A stretch of DNA of 64,000 nucleotides. Origin: Carcharhinus longimanus (taxonomy: Eukaryota). The stretch is from assembly GCA_030264375.1 (NCBI GenBank), contig JASCQW010000072.1, positions 32,094,552-32,158,551 of the forward strand. Reading direction: 5' to 3'. Both the position numbers and the translations under genes were made by a program. Position 1 is the first letter of the stretch; every line of letters starts with the position of its first letter. Below, in pieces: positions 26,113 through 38,085 of this stretch. The notes beneath the pieces are model-generated. The model ran no database searches and was not told the DNA's origin. It saw only the letters and a program-made list of their open reading frames with translations.

Positions 26113-26449
26113 GTTTTTTGTACTTTCTCAATCCCTCCCTTTACACATTCCAACAGTTTCTGCAGGTATACTCCAGTTCTTCCTCTTTCTACAACCCTTT
26201 TAGAATTATGATTGTTTTATATTACATATCTTCAATCTCTCTACCAAGATGCACCACTTCACACTCTGCGTTATATTTAATTTGTCACATTTTCACCCAG
26301 TACACTAGCCTGTATGTTTATCACTTCATATATAAATATCAAAAAAACCTTAATGATAACCCTTAGGGGACCACTGCATATTTTCCTCTAACTGTAAAAC
26401 AAATGTTTACCACTATTCTTCCCTCCACATGACCAATCTCTTTTTGTCT

Positions 26450-27260
26450 TTGGCAGGGAATGACTAGTGGGATACTGGAGGGATCTGTGCTAGGACCCCA
26501 ACTGTTCACATTATATATTAATGATTTGGAAGAGGGAACTAAATGTATTATCTACAAATTTGCAGATGATACAAAGTTGGGTGGGAGGGGGAGCTGCTTG
26601 GAGGTTGCAGACATGCTTCAGCATGCGTTTTACAGGCTGAGTGTGGGCATCTGCAAGGCAGATGCAGTATAATGTGGATAAATGTGAGGCTATCCACTTT
26701 GGTAGCAATAATAGGAAGACAGATTATTATTTGAATGGGTGTAAATTGAGAGAGGTGGATACTCAGCGAGACTTTGGAATCCTCATGCATCAGTTGCTGA
26801 AAAGAAACCTGTGGGTACAGCAGGTAATAAAGAAGGCAAATGGTATGTTGGCCTTCATATCAAGAGAATTTGAATATAAGAATAGGGATGTTTTACTGCA
26901 ATTGTATAGGACATTGGTGAGGCCACACCTGGAGTATTATGTGCAGTTTTGGTGTCCTTATCTGAGGAAGGATGTCCTTGCTATAGAGCCAGTACAGCGA
27001 AGGTTTGCCAGGCTGATTCCTGAGATGGCAGGTCTGTCATATGAGGAGAAACTAAATCTGGACACTGCACTTTAGGAAATGTGAAAGCAGAAAAAAAAAG
27101 AATGATTCTTGTTATAAGGTATTTCAATTACCTGAATAGATTGGAGAAATTGTGTGTGGGGTTATAGGGAAAGGACTGGGGCATGGGACCAGTGGAGTTG
27201 CTCTTACAGACATAGAAGACTAAATGGTCTCCTTCTGTGCTTTCTATGATTCAATAACTG
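26450..27260 (+). mobile_element. CR1 LINE reverse transcriptase fragment
   Basis: GSVLGPQLFTLYINDLE...KFADDTKLGG and YRTLVRPHLEYYVQFWCPYLRKDV; frameshifted. Confidence 0.92.
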
Positions 27261-27519
27261 GCTTTGCTGATATTTATATTGCACATGAGCCAGTTCTCGA
27301 ATTGTTACCTTATTCTATTACTACTACTCTTACTGAAAGGGTGATGGTTTTATAGTGGCGATGTCACTGGAATAGTAATACAGAAACCCAGATTAATAGT
27401 CTGGGGATATGGGCTCAAATCCCACCAATAAAATTCAGCTGATAAATCAGAAATTAAAAGCGAGTCTAAAGCCATTGTTGATTATCGTAAAAAGCCATGT
27501 GGTTCACTAAGAGAAGGAA

Positions 27520-28354
27520 ATTTGCCATTGACTACTGTTGTGGGTCAGATCTCAAACAATGACGAAGCAGAGTACAAGACAGTAGTAGAGCATCTGGTGA
27601 ACTGGTGTGACAACAATAATCTTTCCCTCAATGTCAGCAAAATGAAGGAGATAGACATCGACTCGAGAAACATGGTGGTAGGAATGCCCTGTCTACATCA
27701 GTGGGGACAAGTTAGAAATGGTCAAAAGCTTCAAGATTTTAGGTGTCCAGATTACCAACCATCTTTTCTGGTCTCTCCATGCAGACACTATAGTTAAGAA
27801 ATCCCACCAATGCCTCTACTCCCTCAGGAGAATCAGAAAATTTGGTATGTCCACTACAACTCTCACCAATTTCTACAGATGCACCATCGAAAGCATTCTT
27901 TCCAGTTGTATCATGGCTTGGTATGGCTTCTGCTCTATCCAACACCACCATAGACTACAAAGGGTTGTGAATGAAGTCCATTCTATCGCTTAAACCAACC
28001 TTCCACCCACTGATACCGTCTACACTTCCCGCTGTCTCAGAAAAGCAGCCAGCATAATAAAGGACACAACGCATCCCAAACATTCTCTCTTCCACCTTCT
28101 TCCATTGGGAAAAAGATACAAAAGTCTGAGGACATGTGCCAATTGACTCAAGAACAGTTTTTTCCCGGCTGCCAGACTTTTGAATGGACCCAACTTGCAA
28201 CAAGTTGATCTTTCTCTACACCCTAGCTATGACTTAACACTACGTTCTACACACTCCCCTTTCCTTATCTATGCACAGTATGCTTTGTCTGTATAGCATG
28301 CAAGAAACAATACTTCCTACCGTACACTAATATATGTGACAATAATAAATCAAA
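27520..28354 (+). mobile_element. Rex1/Babar LINE, 5'-truncated
   Basis: TTVVGQISNNDEAEYK...WCDNNNLSLNVSKMKE and KKSHQCLYSLRRIRKFGMSTTTLTNFYRCTIESILS; AT-rich 3' tail. Confidence 0.88.
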
Positions 28355-29400
28355 TGTATCAAACCACTATGAAGCCAAAAAGGAACAAAACCGGTCAGAC
28401 CACTGCGGTCAACCTAAATACTGGAAATAACATTGGCACACTGAGCCCTATTGATCCTGCAAAGCTGTCCTTATTAACATCTGGTGGCTTGTGCCAAAAT
28501 TGGGAGTACTGTCATGGGCACTTAGAAAATCTTCACAACCGTACAATGTTCCGGACACCATCATCATCAACTCTGGATATGTTGTGTTCCATCAACAGGA
28601 CTGACACAACAGCAGTGGCACAGTGGTATACAGTTGGTACTCAACATCAACTCTGGACCTCATGAGGTCTCATGACATCACTCAAAACTGGGCAACAAAG
28701 CATCCTGATAATTACTACATAATATACCTTTCCCCCACACCCTGGGGTACTCCAACATGTTTCTCCAAGAGTGGCTCAGTAGCACCACCAAAGACCGAGC
28801 TGTCTGAGTCCTAAAGAGATAGCTGCTATACCTGGTCTGTGGCAGGTGGTGTAGGAACCAACAAGAGGGTAAAAGCTACTTGTTGTTGTTCTCACAAATC
28901 AACCAGCTGCAGCTGTATCTGACCATGTCAGTAGTGGTAGGAATGACCATTACACAAGCCTTGGGGAGACAAATTCCCATTTTCACATTAAGGAAACCCT
29001 TCACTGTGTTCTGTGGCACTATCACCTTGCTAAATGGGGTAAATTTTGAACAGGTCTAGCAACTCAAAACTGGGATATTTTGGGTGTTGTATGCCATCAA
29101 CAGGTGAATTGTATACAACCACAATATGTAACTTTATGACTCAGCATATACCACCATCCCCCTCCCCCCCCCAGTCTAGAATTACCATCAAACAGTGGGA
29201 TCAACCTTCATTCAATAAAGAGTTGCAGGAGTACATGCAGCACAGTGGCAACACTGTGTACCATCCGCCAAGATTCATTGCAGCAACTCACTAAGGCTCC
29301 TTCAACAGCATTTTCCAAACCCATGCCCTCTACCAGTTAGGACAAGGGCAGCAGATGCACAGGAACACCACAAGCTGCAAGCTCCCTGCCCAAGAATACT
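28355..29400 (+). mobile_element. Degenerate non-LTR element with APE endonuclease start, probably continuing the tRNA-like head at 27340-27520
   Basis: Reads SLLTSGGLCQNWE / NIWWLVPKLG-like endonuclease start; heavily decayed. Confidence 0.45.
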
Positions 29401-29842
29401 TAATCGAAGGCAGTGACTTAGATAGCGATCATGGCAGTTTTTTAAAACTGAAAACTGGTAAAATATTGGAAGCAGGGAAAGATATAGGGTTTTGTAGTAA
29501 GAGCAGGTTAGTGGAATTAGTTTTTTTTATTGCAGCAAAAAAGCCAGCACAAATTTTGTGTTGCAGACTACTGTGATTCAATGGGAAAGACTTTGGTACA
29601 CATGCAAGTTTCACACACAGTAAATTTCATATTTAAGAGCTCAGTATTGGATATATTGGACCAATTTTATTTTGTTGCGCACCAAGGTCCATGCAGGAAC
29701 CACGATAAATTTCCCCATGTCTTTACGTTAATGGTATTTCATCATCCCCAGAAAATTCAGTCTGCTGCCTTGAAATTGCTGTTAAAAGGGGAAATAAGAA
29801 ATTTTAGCCAATGTAGTTGTAACTCCCTTCTGTGACTATTTG

Positions 29843-30135
29843 AACATAAGAACATAAGAAATAGGAGCAGGAGTAGGCCAACAAGCCCTTCGAGCCTGCC
29901 CCGCCATTCAATAAGATCATGGCTGATCTGTCGTGGCTCAGTTCCACATTCCCGCCCTNNNNNNNNNNNNNNNNNNNNNNNNNNNNNNNNNNNNNNNNNN
30001 NNNNNNNNNNNNNNNNNNNNNNNNNNNNNNNNNNNNNNNNNNNNNNNNNNNNNNNNNNATCCTTGCGTAAGTACGGCGCCCAAAACTGCACACAGTACTC
30101 CAGCTGCGGCCTCACCAATGCCCTATACAGCCGCA
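29843..30135 (-). mobile_element. CR1 LINE 3' end spanning a gap
   Basis: [25 protein letters not shown]; gaacataagaacataagaa tail. Confidence 0.88.
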
Positions 30136-31144
30136 ATCCTTCCTTGAAATTGGCAATCCTTCATGACCTGAGGGAAATATCAAACACTTATATTTATTAA
30201 ATTGCCTCTTGGCTTTTTGAGCTCCAATGGAAATTGTTTAGGATATCAGGTTTTCCACACATCTGCAATTTTTGTCTTTGTGACTCTGTGGTAGATTCTA
30301 TATCAATGCCCTGTCCATACTAATGAATCTGTAAATATGTCCTTTGTCAATGGACATGAAATAGTTAAAGGTTAGTAATATATTAGGATCCAGGTATTTA
30401 AAAGTTATTTTAGCTTCACAGACTGCCAGTTTATTATTTTTGAATCGTGATGGCAATACAGCTTTTAACAAATACCATGCTGTTTGATTACTGTTAAATT
30501 TAGTTATGTTATATGCTAATCTGCGCCAGGAGCCAATGACACTGGTAACCCACTCAGTTGCCTTATGAATCCCACCATGTCATACACAATACTCACACTA
30601 ATTCAAGAATGCTTACAAATTTACACACATCTTCAACATTTCATTTAGCCTTGAATCGTGCAGTATACAGCAGCAAACTGTATTACAAATTTTTACTATG
30701 GGCAGTATTTTCCATGCCCTCCATGGCATGTTTCATGGTAGCAAAGGCAGCCTACCGTTGGTGGCAGGATTTTCTGGTCCCTTTGCTGCAAACGAGGTTT
30801 CCCGTCCTATGCAGTGGCAGATCCTGCCAGTAAGAACAGCCAGAAAAGTCCGGCCTAAATAACTTTGCTTCGAAGACCCAACAATCCTTTCTGATGAAAG
30901 ATCACAGACTTGAAACTAACTCTTGTTCAACTTATCAGAGGCTGCCAGGCCTGCTGAATATTTCCATCATTTTCTGTTCTTATTCCTATTTTAAAATATC
31001 TTTTATGGTCAATAAATAACATCAGTGATAACCCATAAATGAGATGCAGTAATTTCAGTTCCTCCAGTTTGATTAAAGAAATTTAGCTGTGTTTCAACTG
31101 CACTTCTTTCTGCTCTTGCTTTGGCATCTTGGTGAAAAGACTAA

Positions 31145-33055
31145 ATGCAGATTTCACTCTTAGTTTTATTATAAAAATCAATTTTTCATTTGTTACAACT
31201 TAACTTGATAGAAACCGAAAGAGCTTTATACAAGGTGCTTTTTTTTCTTTTTTTAAAAACACAGTTTAGACAAGTAAAGCACTTATTTTACATTTTCAGG
31301 ATGTTATTAGGCAATTGGATAGGACTGACCAAATGTTGGTCATTAATACAAACACATCCTTGCAAAGCATATTGGTATCAGGGATTGCTCCTGGTACACA
31401 ACAAGGCTGTCAGCTTCTAACTGACAGCAGAAGGAAAATCAAAAGAAGAAAAAATGCAGAGGTTTACAATGAATGCATTCAGCAGCACCAGATCCTTCAC
31501 TTCCAAACAAGGTTGTTTGCTTTAGACGCACACCGCTAGGGTGTTTTTTTTTGTAACAGAATTTGGCACACAAGAGTTCTATTATCACTCAGAAGTATCC
31601 CAGGTCAAATATACCAGACGTTCCTGGCATCATGTATACAGCAGCAGACAATTTAAAAATCCTCATGTACAAATCATCTTATGCATGCTTTGATCAAAGT
31701 GTTTTATGAAAAATATTTTGACTTAATTAAATAATTGAATACTGGAAACATCTTAAAGGGCTGCAACATGATTTAGATATCCTGGGCATGTCATTCAATC
31801 ATTAGGACCATTACAAAGTATTCAGTCTTTGCTACAAAATGTAATCTTTTTATACAATGTAATATATAAAGGTGATATCTGTATTTTGCACAGTACCTTA
31901 ACTGATAATTGAAAATTACATTTAAAATGGAAAAAATAAACTCATCTGGCCATCTATTAAAAAAATCTGAGATTGTCATTACCCTTATACTAATGTTTTA
32001 TAGAAAAATAAAATGATGCATAAAGTAATACAACTATACATGAAAGTACTGCAAGGATATATGGACAGGCTTTACAGATATCTAATACAAGGTTATTTTA
32101 TAGCTTATAAATAGGTTATCTACACAATATGTGGTATAAAAATACACTCAGAACATTTGTGGGCACTGAAGTTAAAAGCTCATTGACGAATTTAAAAGAT
32201 ATCAAGGCATGTTTTATGCCCTTGGTCAAATAAATTTTAAAAAGTCACCGGTGCTAATCCACCATTTCTCCCCATATTACTTTAAATGGTAATGATGATG
32301 ATTATCATTCCAAAGAAGCTGAATCAAGGTGATTACCCCTTCAATCCTACCCTACCCTGACCATGCAGCAAGGGCGCGGAATCGCTTCACAGCACATGGC
32401 ACAAATTAGCTTTAAAAGCTGCAGAGTGGCTGACACTGGCTTCACTGTGAAATTGTATACATTACTGGCACTGGCGTGACAAGAATCGCAGTACGTGACT
32501 CTACATGTGCTCTCCTTCAACTGAGCATTGCTGAAACAGCTTTGTACAAAAATGCAAGAACAGATCCTCATGCTAGCTCTCCGTGAGTTGCTCTTTTCAA
32601 TTCGTAACAGTGTTGTGCAACTGTCTTCCTCACGGTGGAAAAGGAAGATAGTACAAGCATTTCTGTTTTCACTGTAGGATGCACTGTGATTCTCAATGGG
32701 CACTGAGTTGCAATCCATCCGGTATACTGTGCCCTGTTAATGTGTGTGCTAATTTTCTTCTATGTCTTCTTAGGTACAATTGCTTCCCTGGGTTAAGGCA
32801 TTTTTGTTTGCATGTTGGAAAAAAAAGATTTTTTTGTTTGTACAAATTTTTACAATTCTTTTTTATGGCACAACCAGCAGATGCTGTTAGAAAATATATA
32901 AATATCCTCTCTTCTGTACAAATTGTTTGCAGCTCATTTCCCTTCCCTCCCAATCTAATTTATTTGCACTGTACAAATCGCAGCTCCCCTCTTTAGTGTT
33001 TCTTTTATGCAGTCTCTTCATATTAACAATTATTTACAATAGGCAAAAGTGGTGT
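31145..33055 (-). other. LRP6: LRP6 3'UTR (putative extent)
   Basis: Repeat-free AU-rich sequence directly after the stop codon; the end is inferred from the candidate poly(A) signal. Confidence 0.6.
31165..31170 (-). terminator. Candidate LRP6 polyadenylation signal AATAAA
   Basis: tttatt on plus strand near the end of the repeat-free block. Confidence 0.45.
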
Positions 33056-33338
33056 TCAGGAGGAGTCTGTACACGGGGAGGGGGGAGGTGGATAAAGATG
33101 GTGCGAGTAACTCCTTTCTGTATAAGGAGAGGGTGGGCAGCTTTCATAGTTCTCCTCGGCAGATAAGTACTGGCTCCGTGGAGTTGGAGGCGGAGGGAAA
33201 GGCTCAGAGTCATAGTTCAAGTCACTATAACATTTTGTCGTACCAATTCTCCTCCCAGGTGTGTAGTCACTGTCACATACGTCAGTACTGCAAGGCGTAG
33301 TAGGTGGAGCAAAATTTCGGTAAGCATATGGTCTGTAG
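33056..33338 (-). CDS. LRP6: LRP6 last coding exon (exon 23 equivalent), cytoplasmic tail with PPP(S/T)P motifs B-E
   Basis: [26 protein letters not shown]...[46 protein letters not shown]-stop, LRP6-type C-terminus; acceptor ctacag. Confidence 0.97.
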
Positions 33339-34146
33339 CTGTAGATAGGGAAAAAAGTACAAGATATCAATGTCAATTTGTTTGTAGAGCACGTGTAATT
33401 GAATTTACTGGTTAAAATCATTTAGCTTTATTACAAAGAATGGTATGAGCACACATGCCATAATTTACAAATTTAAACTTTTTTTTAAAAGGATAGAAAC
33501 AACTCTTGCATATTTCTCTTTAAGCAGAAATGCCAGACCTTAAATTAAACCAGATGTAACCATGGTAACAAAACAATTAGTGGCTTACACAATCACCTGT
33601 TTTTCAAGTACGGTTGAATAAACTTTTCGAGTAGTTTATCTCTTCACTATGCACTGTGAATTTAAAGAAGCTATTCTAGTTCTGCGAAAAAATGAACTGA
33701 ATTGTACCAGCACAAAAAACCCACAAAACTGGTGAGATTATGGATTAAACCCTCTCCCTTTGCTGCTGCACTCCACCTACCACCCCTCCTCCCCCACCAC
33801 ACAGACACACCAAAAGTAAGGGAATGCTGTTTGACTTTCTAGTATAGCTTGTTGAAGTGCATGAAACTGCTCTCACTATTACACAAAAGTCTTTACTAAA
33901 CTGTCAGATGAAACAGGAAAGTAAATAACCAAAATTCCAACATGTTTGCTTGAAAGATAGTTAAGCATCATTCAAGGCTCCCAGAAATTCTACTGGAAGG
34001 TGCAGCGCAATTACAGGACACAATTACATTCAAAGGGGAAAAAATCCTTTTATCTGGTTCCTGTTAGCAGTTGCAAAATAACATAGTATGATATAGTGGT
34101 TAAGTGCACTCGAGGTAAATCTCCATCTCACTGTGTTCTTCATTTA

Positions 34147-34281
<135 letters not shown>

Positions 34282-34951
34282 TCAACTGCATAAAAATATA
34301 TGTTTGCACTGTGCAAATGCCCATTTGTTGTGGTACCGAGTTACATAGGCTTCTTGGATTGTGTTCAATTAATGTGTTGTGTTGGCATTTTTCACAATCG
34401 AAAAATCAATTGTCTCGGCTTTCCCTTGAGAGTTGGAGGAGCAGGGAGGATTAAACAACAATTCAGCTAGCTAGTGTTCTTGCCTCCGACCATTATATGC
34501 AGTCTGTAAGACAGTGCACGTGATTCCTTGTCAAACAGTCCGCCAATACTCTGTTCTATGCTACACACGAAAAAAAAGTGTGTCTTGTACAAGGTTCTGG
34601 AGTGTTGCTGGCATCTATTCTCAGAAAATTTGCACAGCAGCCCATGAGGTCTAATTCTAAAAGAAAACAATACATTTGTTTTCCTTCACATAGTTTGGGA
34701 ACATAGACACAGATTCAGGAAACAGACCACCGAGCAAATGGAAATAAAGGANNNNNNNNNNNNNNNNNNNNNNNNNNNNNNNNNNNNNNNNNNNNNNNNN
34801 NNNNNNNNNNNNNNNNNNNNNNNNNNNNNNNNNNNNNNNNNNNNNNNNNNNGGAAATAAAGGAAGGGTGAAGTTTATTATTTAAATCGCTTTGGTTAAAT
34901 TCAGAATATTCTTAAAAAGAAGCGATGTTGATAACAAAGCTGGCTACTTAC

Positions 34952-35088
34952 CGGAGGAAAATAAGTGCCTTTTGTACTTGAGGAGCTGCTGGAAGAGGCC
35001 CCTGTAACGTGAGCCCTGTCATATGGAGGCCCACTGCTCCCACCCATAATGCTCAGGGAACTCATCACAGACTTGCCACGGGACATAC
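34952..35088 (-). CDS. LRP6: LRP6 exon 21 equivalent (Ser-rich cluster)
   Basis: [46 protein letters not shown]; 137 nt; ag/gt boundaries. Confidence 0.96.
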
Positions 35089-35384
35089 CTGCAATTAAAG
35101 AAAACCCAACCCTGCAATTAAATTAAATATTTACAGCATGTTGAACACATTTAAACAATTCACAGTCTTATTTAAAAATTCAGATACAACCGGTGGCCAG
35201 ATCTCATGTCCCTTCTCCTCCTTTATTCCCCCTGACGACCACCCCCACCCCGCAAACAGTATTGTTAATTTTGATGTGAAGGTTAGAGATGGAGACATGG
35301 CTTACTGTGCTTGTAGGTTTATTTTTTTAAACTGGTTGAAGATATCAGTTTTTCACTAATGGTAATAAAGTTTACAAAAGATAT

Positions 35385-35522
35385 GGAATGTGATCTTACT
35401 GGCCGTTCACACCCTGTCCCCACTACAGCGAAGACGGAGAATCTGGCGCCTAGCCAAATGTGCAGTCACTGCAGCAGGATCTGAAAATCCCGCCGGTGTG
35501 AACGGCTGGAAAATTCCAGCCA
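35385..35522. mobile_element. Short MITE-like imperfect palindrome; similar elements at ~30715-30855 and 51845-51968
   Basis: gccgttcacacc...ggtgtgaacggc inverted arms. Confidence 0.55.
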
Positions 35523-36147
35523 TGGTAGTTTGTTTATTGTCCAATTACTGCTGGGTGATTCTCAATGATGGCAGTAGGCACTGCAATCAGTTGTGGCACA
35601 GCAGATTTCTCTGGCATCTACAAAGTGAAAAACCTGGTACGTGCTCTCAGTGACCCGAGTGATAGAAAAAAAAGTGTAATAGAGTAGCAAGGACCAAGGA
35701 AGCACTAGGCTTTGCAGCCAGTTTCTGCTGGGGTTGCTATTGTTGATCCCAATGTGGCACTAGAGGATGTTTAGTTACTATGGAACCATATACCTGGTAG
35801 TTAATGAGAGATAGAGCGACAATGGCTAAATAAAGGATAACCTTAGCATGGCATTAACGTAAGAAGGTGTGCCAACAGAAAATATACAAAAAGTTATCAG
35901 AATGTAATGCTGTAGTTATCGATCCAAGACTTTGCACTATCTAACACAGATTAAACTGATGTAAAGTACAAATTTTAAGTAATGTGCAGTGAGCTATGTT
36001 AAAACAGTCTCCACAAAATAAACTTTGCTACACATTTGAGGATAGAAAAAGCCTGGTTAATAACTAAACAATTATAGTTTCTCAGTGTGAATGCCACAAA
36101 AACAAGGCTTCAATTTTCAGCATTCAATGATAATAAATTATTCCTAC

Positions 36148-36378
36148 CTTGTAGTGATCCTGGAAGGGAGTTAGTATGTGGTACATAGCCTAGAGGCACT
36201 GAAGCAGATCCATGAACAACAAAATCATTTGTCATTGTTTCACCATCGCCTTTCATCCGTGGGCACAGAACACGCTGGCAGATGAAATATATAGCTCCAA
36301 TCACAAAGACAGAGAGGATCACACCAATAATTGAACCAATGGTGTTTGTAGGTTGAGGGGTAGGCTCCTCTGTGGGAT
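36148..36378 (-). CDS. LRP6: LRP6 exon 20 equivalent (transmembrane helix)
   Basis: [52 protein letters not shown]...; 231 nt. Confidence 0.96.
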
Positions 36379-37099
36379 CTGTAATAATGTTGATCTTGAT
36401 CAGTAAACCAAAGTGGTAAACTTCTTGCATCTGGTTGTCATTAAATATATATTTACAGCCTTTGTGCATAGATGCTTACCATTAGTATATTCAAGAAAAA
36501 AAAGGTAGATAGATAAATGTATTTAAGACAGATACTGTTGGGTTTGGTTTTAAAAAAAGCAAACAATATAACAAAAACGATATCTCTCAGGATGAATTGA
36601 GATTTTACTGTCTTACTTTGCTTCACATTTTTAAATTTAGAGTAGCAAAGCAAAACCAAACTGAAAAGTTTTAAACAAAATACCACTGAGGTTTAAAATA
36701 CTCAGCTTCATCACAGGGTAGAGACTATGAAGTACAACACTAACTAAAATATGCAATGGAAAAACTCAGTCCTGCAATTACACAAAATTCTATTTCTGAA
36801 GTGCAAACTTCAATCTTATAAAATACCATCTGTACCTAAGTGGCTGTTCATTTTCTCTGCCTCTCCTGCCCAACCTCCAACAGAAATAGACTTAATTCCT
36901 TCTTCTGCTGCCAAATGTAAATGCTACGTTTTGTTACGGCCAAATCATCATAGTTCAATTCAATTTTTCTCCATCCCCCATCTCAGTACTATTTCCATTA
37001 TTTTAAAAAGACTTTCTGTCATTTCTCCTTGCACTTTACTTTGAATACCTCAAAATTTCATAGGCTTATTCAACTCTCGCAAATGCAAAGAAAAAAAAA

Positions 37100-37540
37100 A
37101 CCTGCATGTGCCACCGTCCCGAAGTGTTTACAGCCAATGGAGTATATTTGAAGTACAGTCACTGTTGTAACATAGGAAACATGGCAGCCAATTTGCATAC
37201 AGTAAGCTCCCACAAGCAGCAAATGTGACAGTGGCCAGACAATCTGTATGTGATGATAACTGAAGGCTAAACACTGGCCAGGCCGCTTAGGATACCTTCT
37301 CAGTGCTCCATTGAAATACTGGTGTGGGAACTTTTACATCCACCTGAGGGGGAGGGAAGACAGGTCCTCATTTATTGTCCCATTGAATGAACACAGCACC
37401 TTCCATAGTGCAGCCCTCCCTCAGTACTGCATTGCAGTGGCAGGTTTGATTTTTGTCTTCCGAGTCCTGGAATGGGACTTGAACCCATGAACTTCTGATT
37501 CATAGGTGATAATGTTGTCAATTGAACCATGACTGACACC
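37100..37540 (-). mobile_element. Deu-domain SINE (SacSINE1/AmnSINE1-like)
   Basis: Reverse complement has a tRNA head, gcagtactgagggagggctgcact...ctcaggtggatgtaaaag... and gcttgtgggagcttactgtatgcaaattggctgcc, matching the recalled Deu domain. Confidence 0.75.
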
Positions 37541-37974
37541 TGCCAAAATGAATTGGCAAGTCAAAAATTTTCAAAAAAAACCAAATTCTTTCCTTGAGCG
37601 GACTGTGCAATTTTCACAACCTTTGTTTAATCTTCAGTACCCTATTACCTACTTTGATGAGAGTTCCCAGCTAGTACCTGTAATCGTGTTAAACTAGAAT
37701 TCTGATTAGCTGGTAAATTCCCCCTACTGGTGTCAAACAAGAACATAGCACAAGAAACATGGACCTCAGTCCATTCAGGATCTGCTCTTAACCCCACTCA
37801 AATCAGTATACACCTTTTTTTGTTGTACTGCAGAAATTTGAGGCAGGGAGAGAGAAAATCATTATGTTTGACTAAAGTAAAACTGTTATTTTACATTCAC
37901 TGTAAATACAATGTGCAAGTGCATCAAAGCAGAGCCCTGTTGTACAAACAAGAGGTTACTTAGTGGAAACTTAC

Positions 37975-38085
37975 AGCAGGCACTTTCATCCGAATTGTCG
38001 GTGCAATCATTCTTACGATCACATCTTTTATGTTTGGCAATACACTGACCATCGGCACACTGGAACTGATCCATAGGGCACAGAA
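37975..38085 (-). CDS. LRP6: LRP6 exon 19 equivalent (LDLa repeat 3)
   Basis: [37 protein letters not shown]; 111 nt. Confidence 0.95.

Noticed and set aside
30885-30925. CTGATGA...GAAA hammerhead-like core, also at 19818
   Set aside because: Stem II and the cleavage-site region are decayed (19818 copy lacks the G of GAAA); treated as inactive Penelope relics.
32347-33300. Several 80-120 aa ORFs over the LRP6 3'UTR and antisense to the last exon
   Set aside because: No homology or coding signature; expected by chance.
34740-34863. ggaaataaagga repeated on both sides of a 100-N gap
   Set aside because: Most likely a contig overlap or collapsed repeat from assembly.
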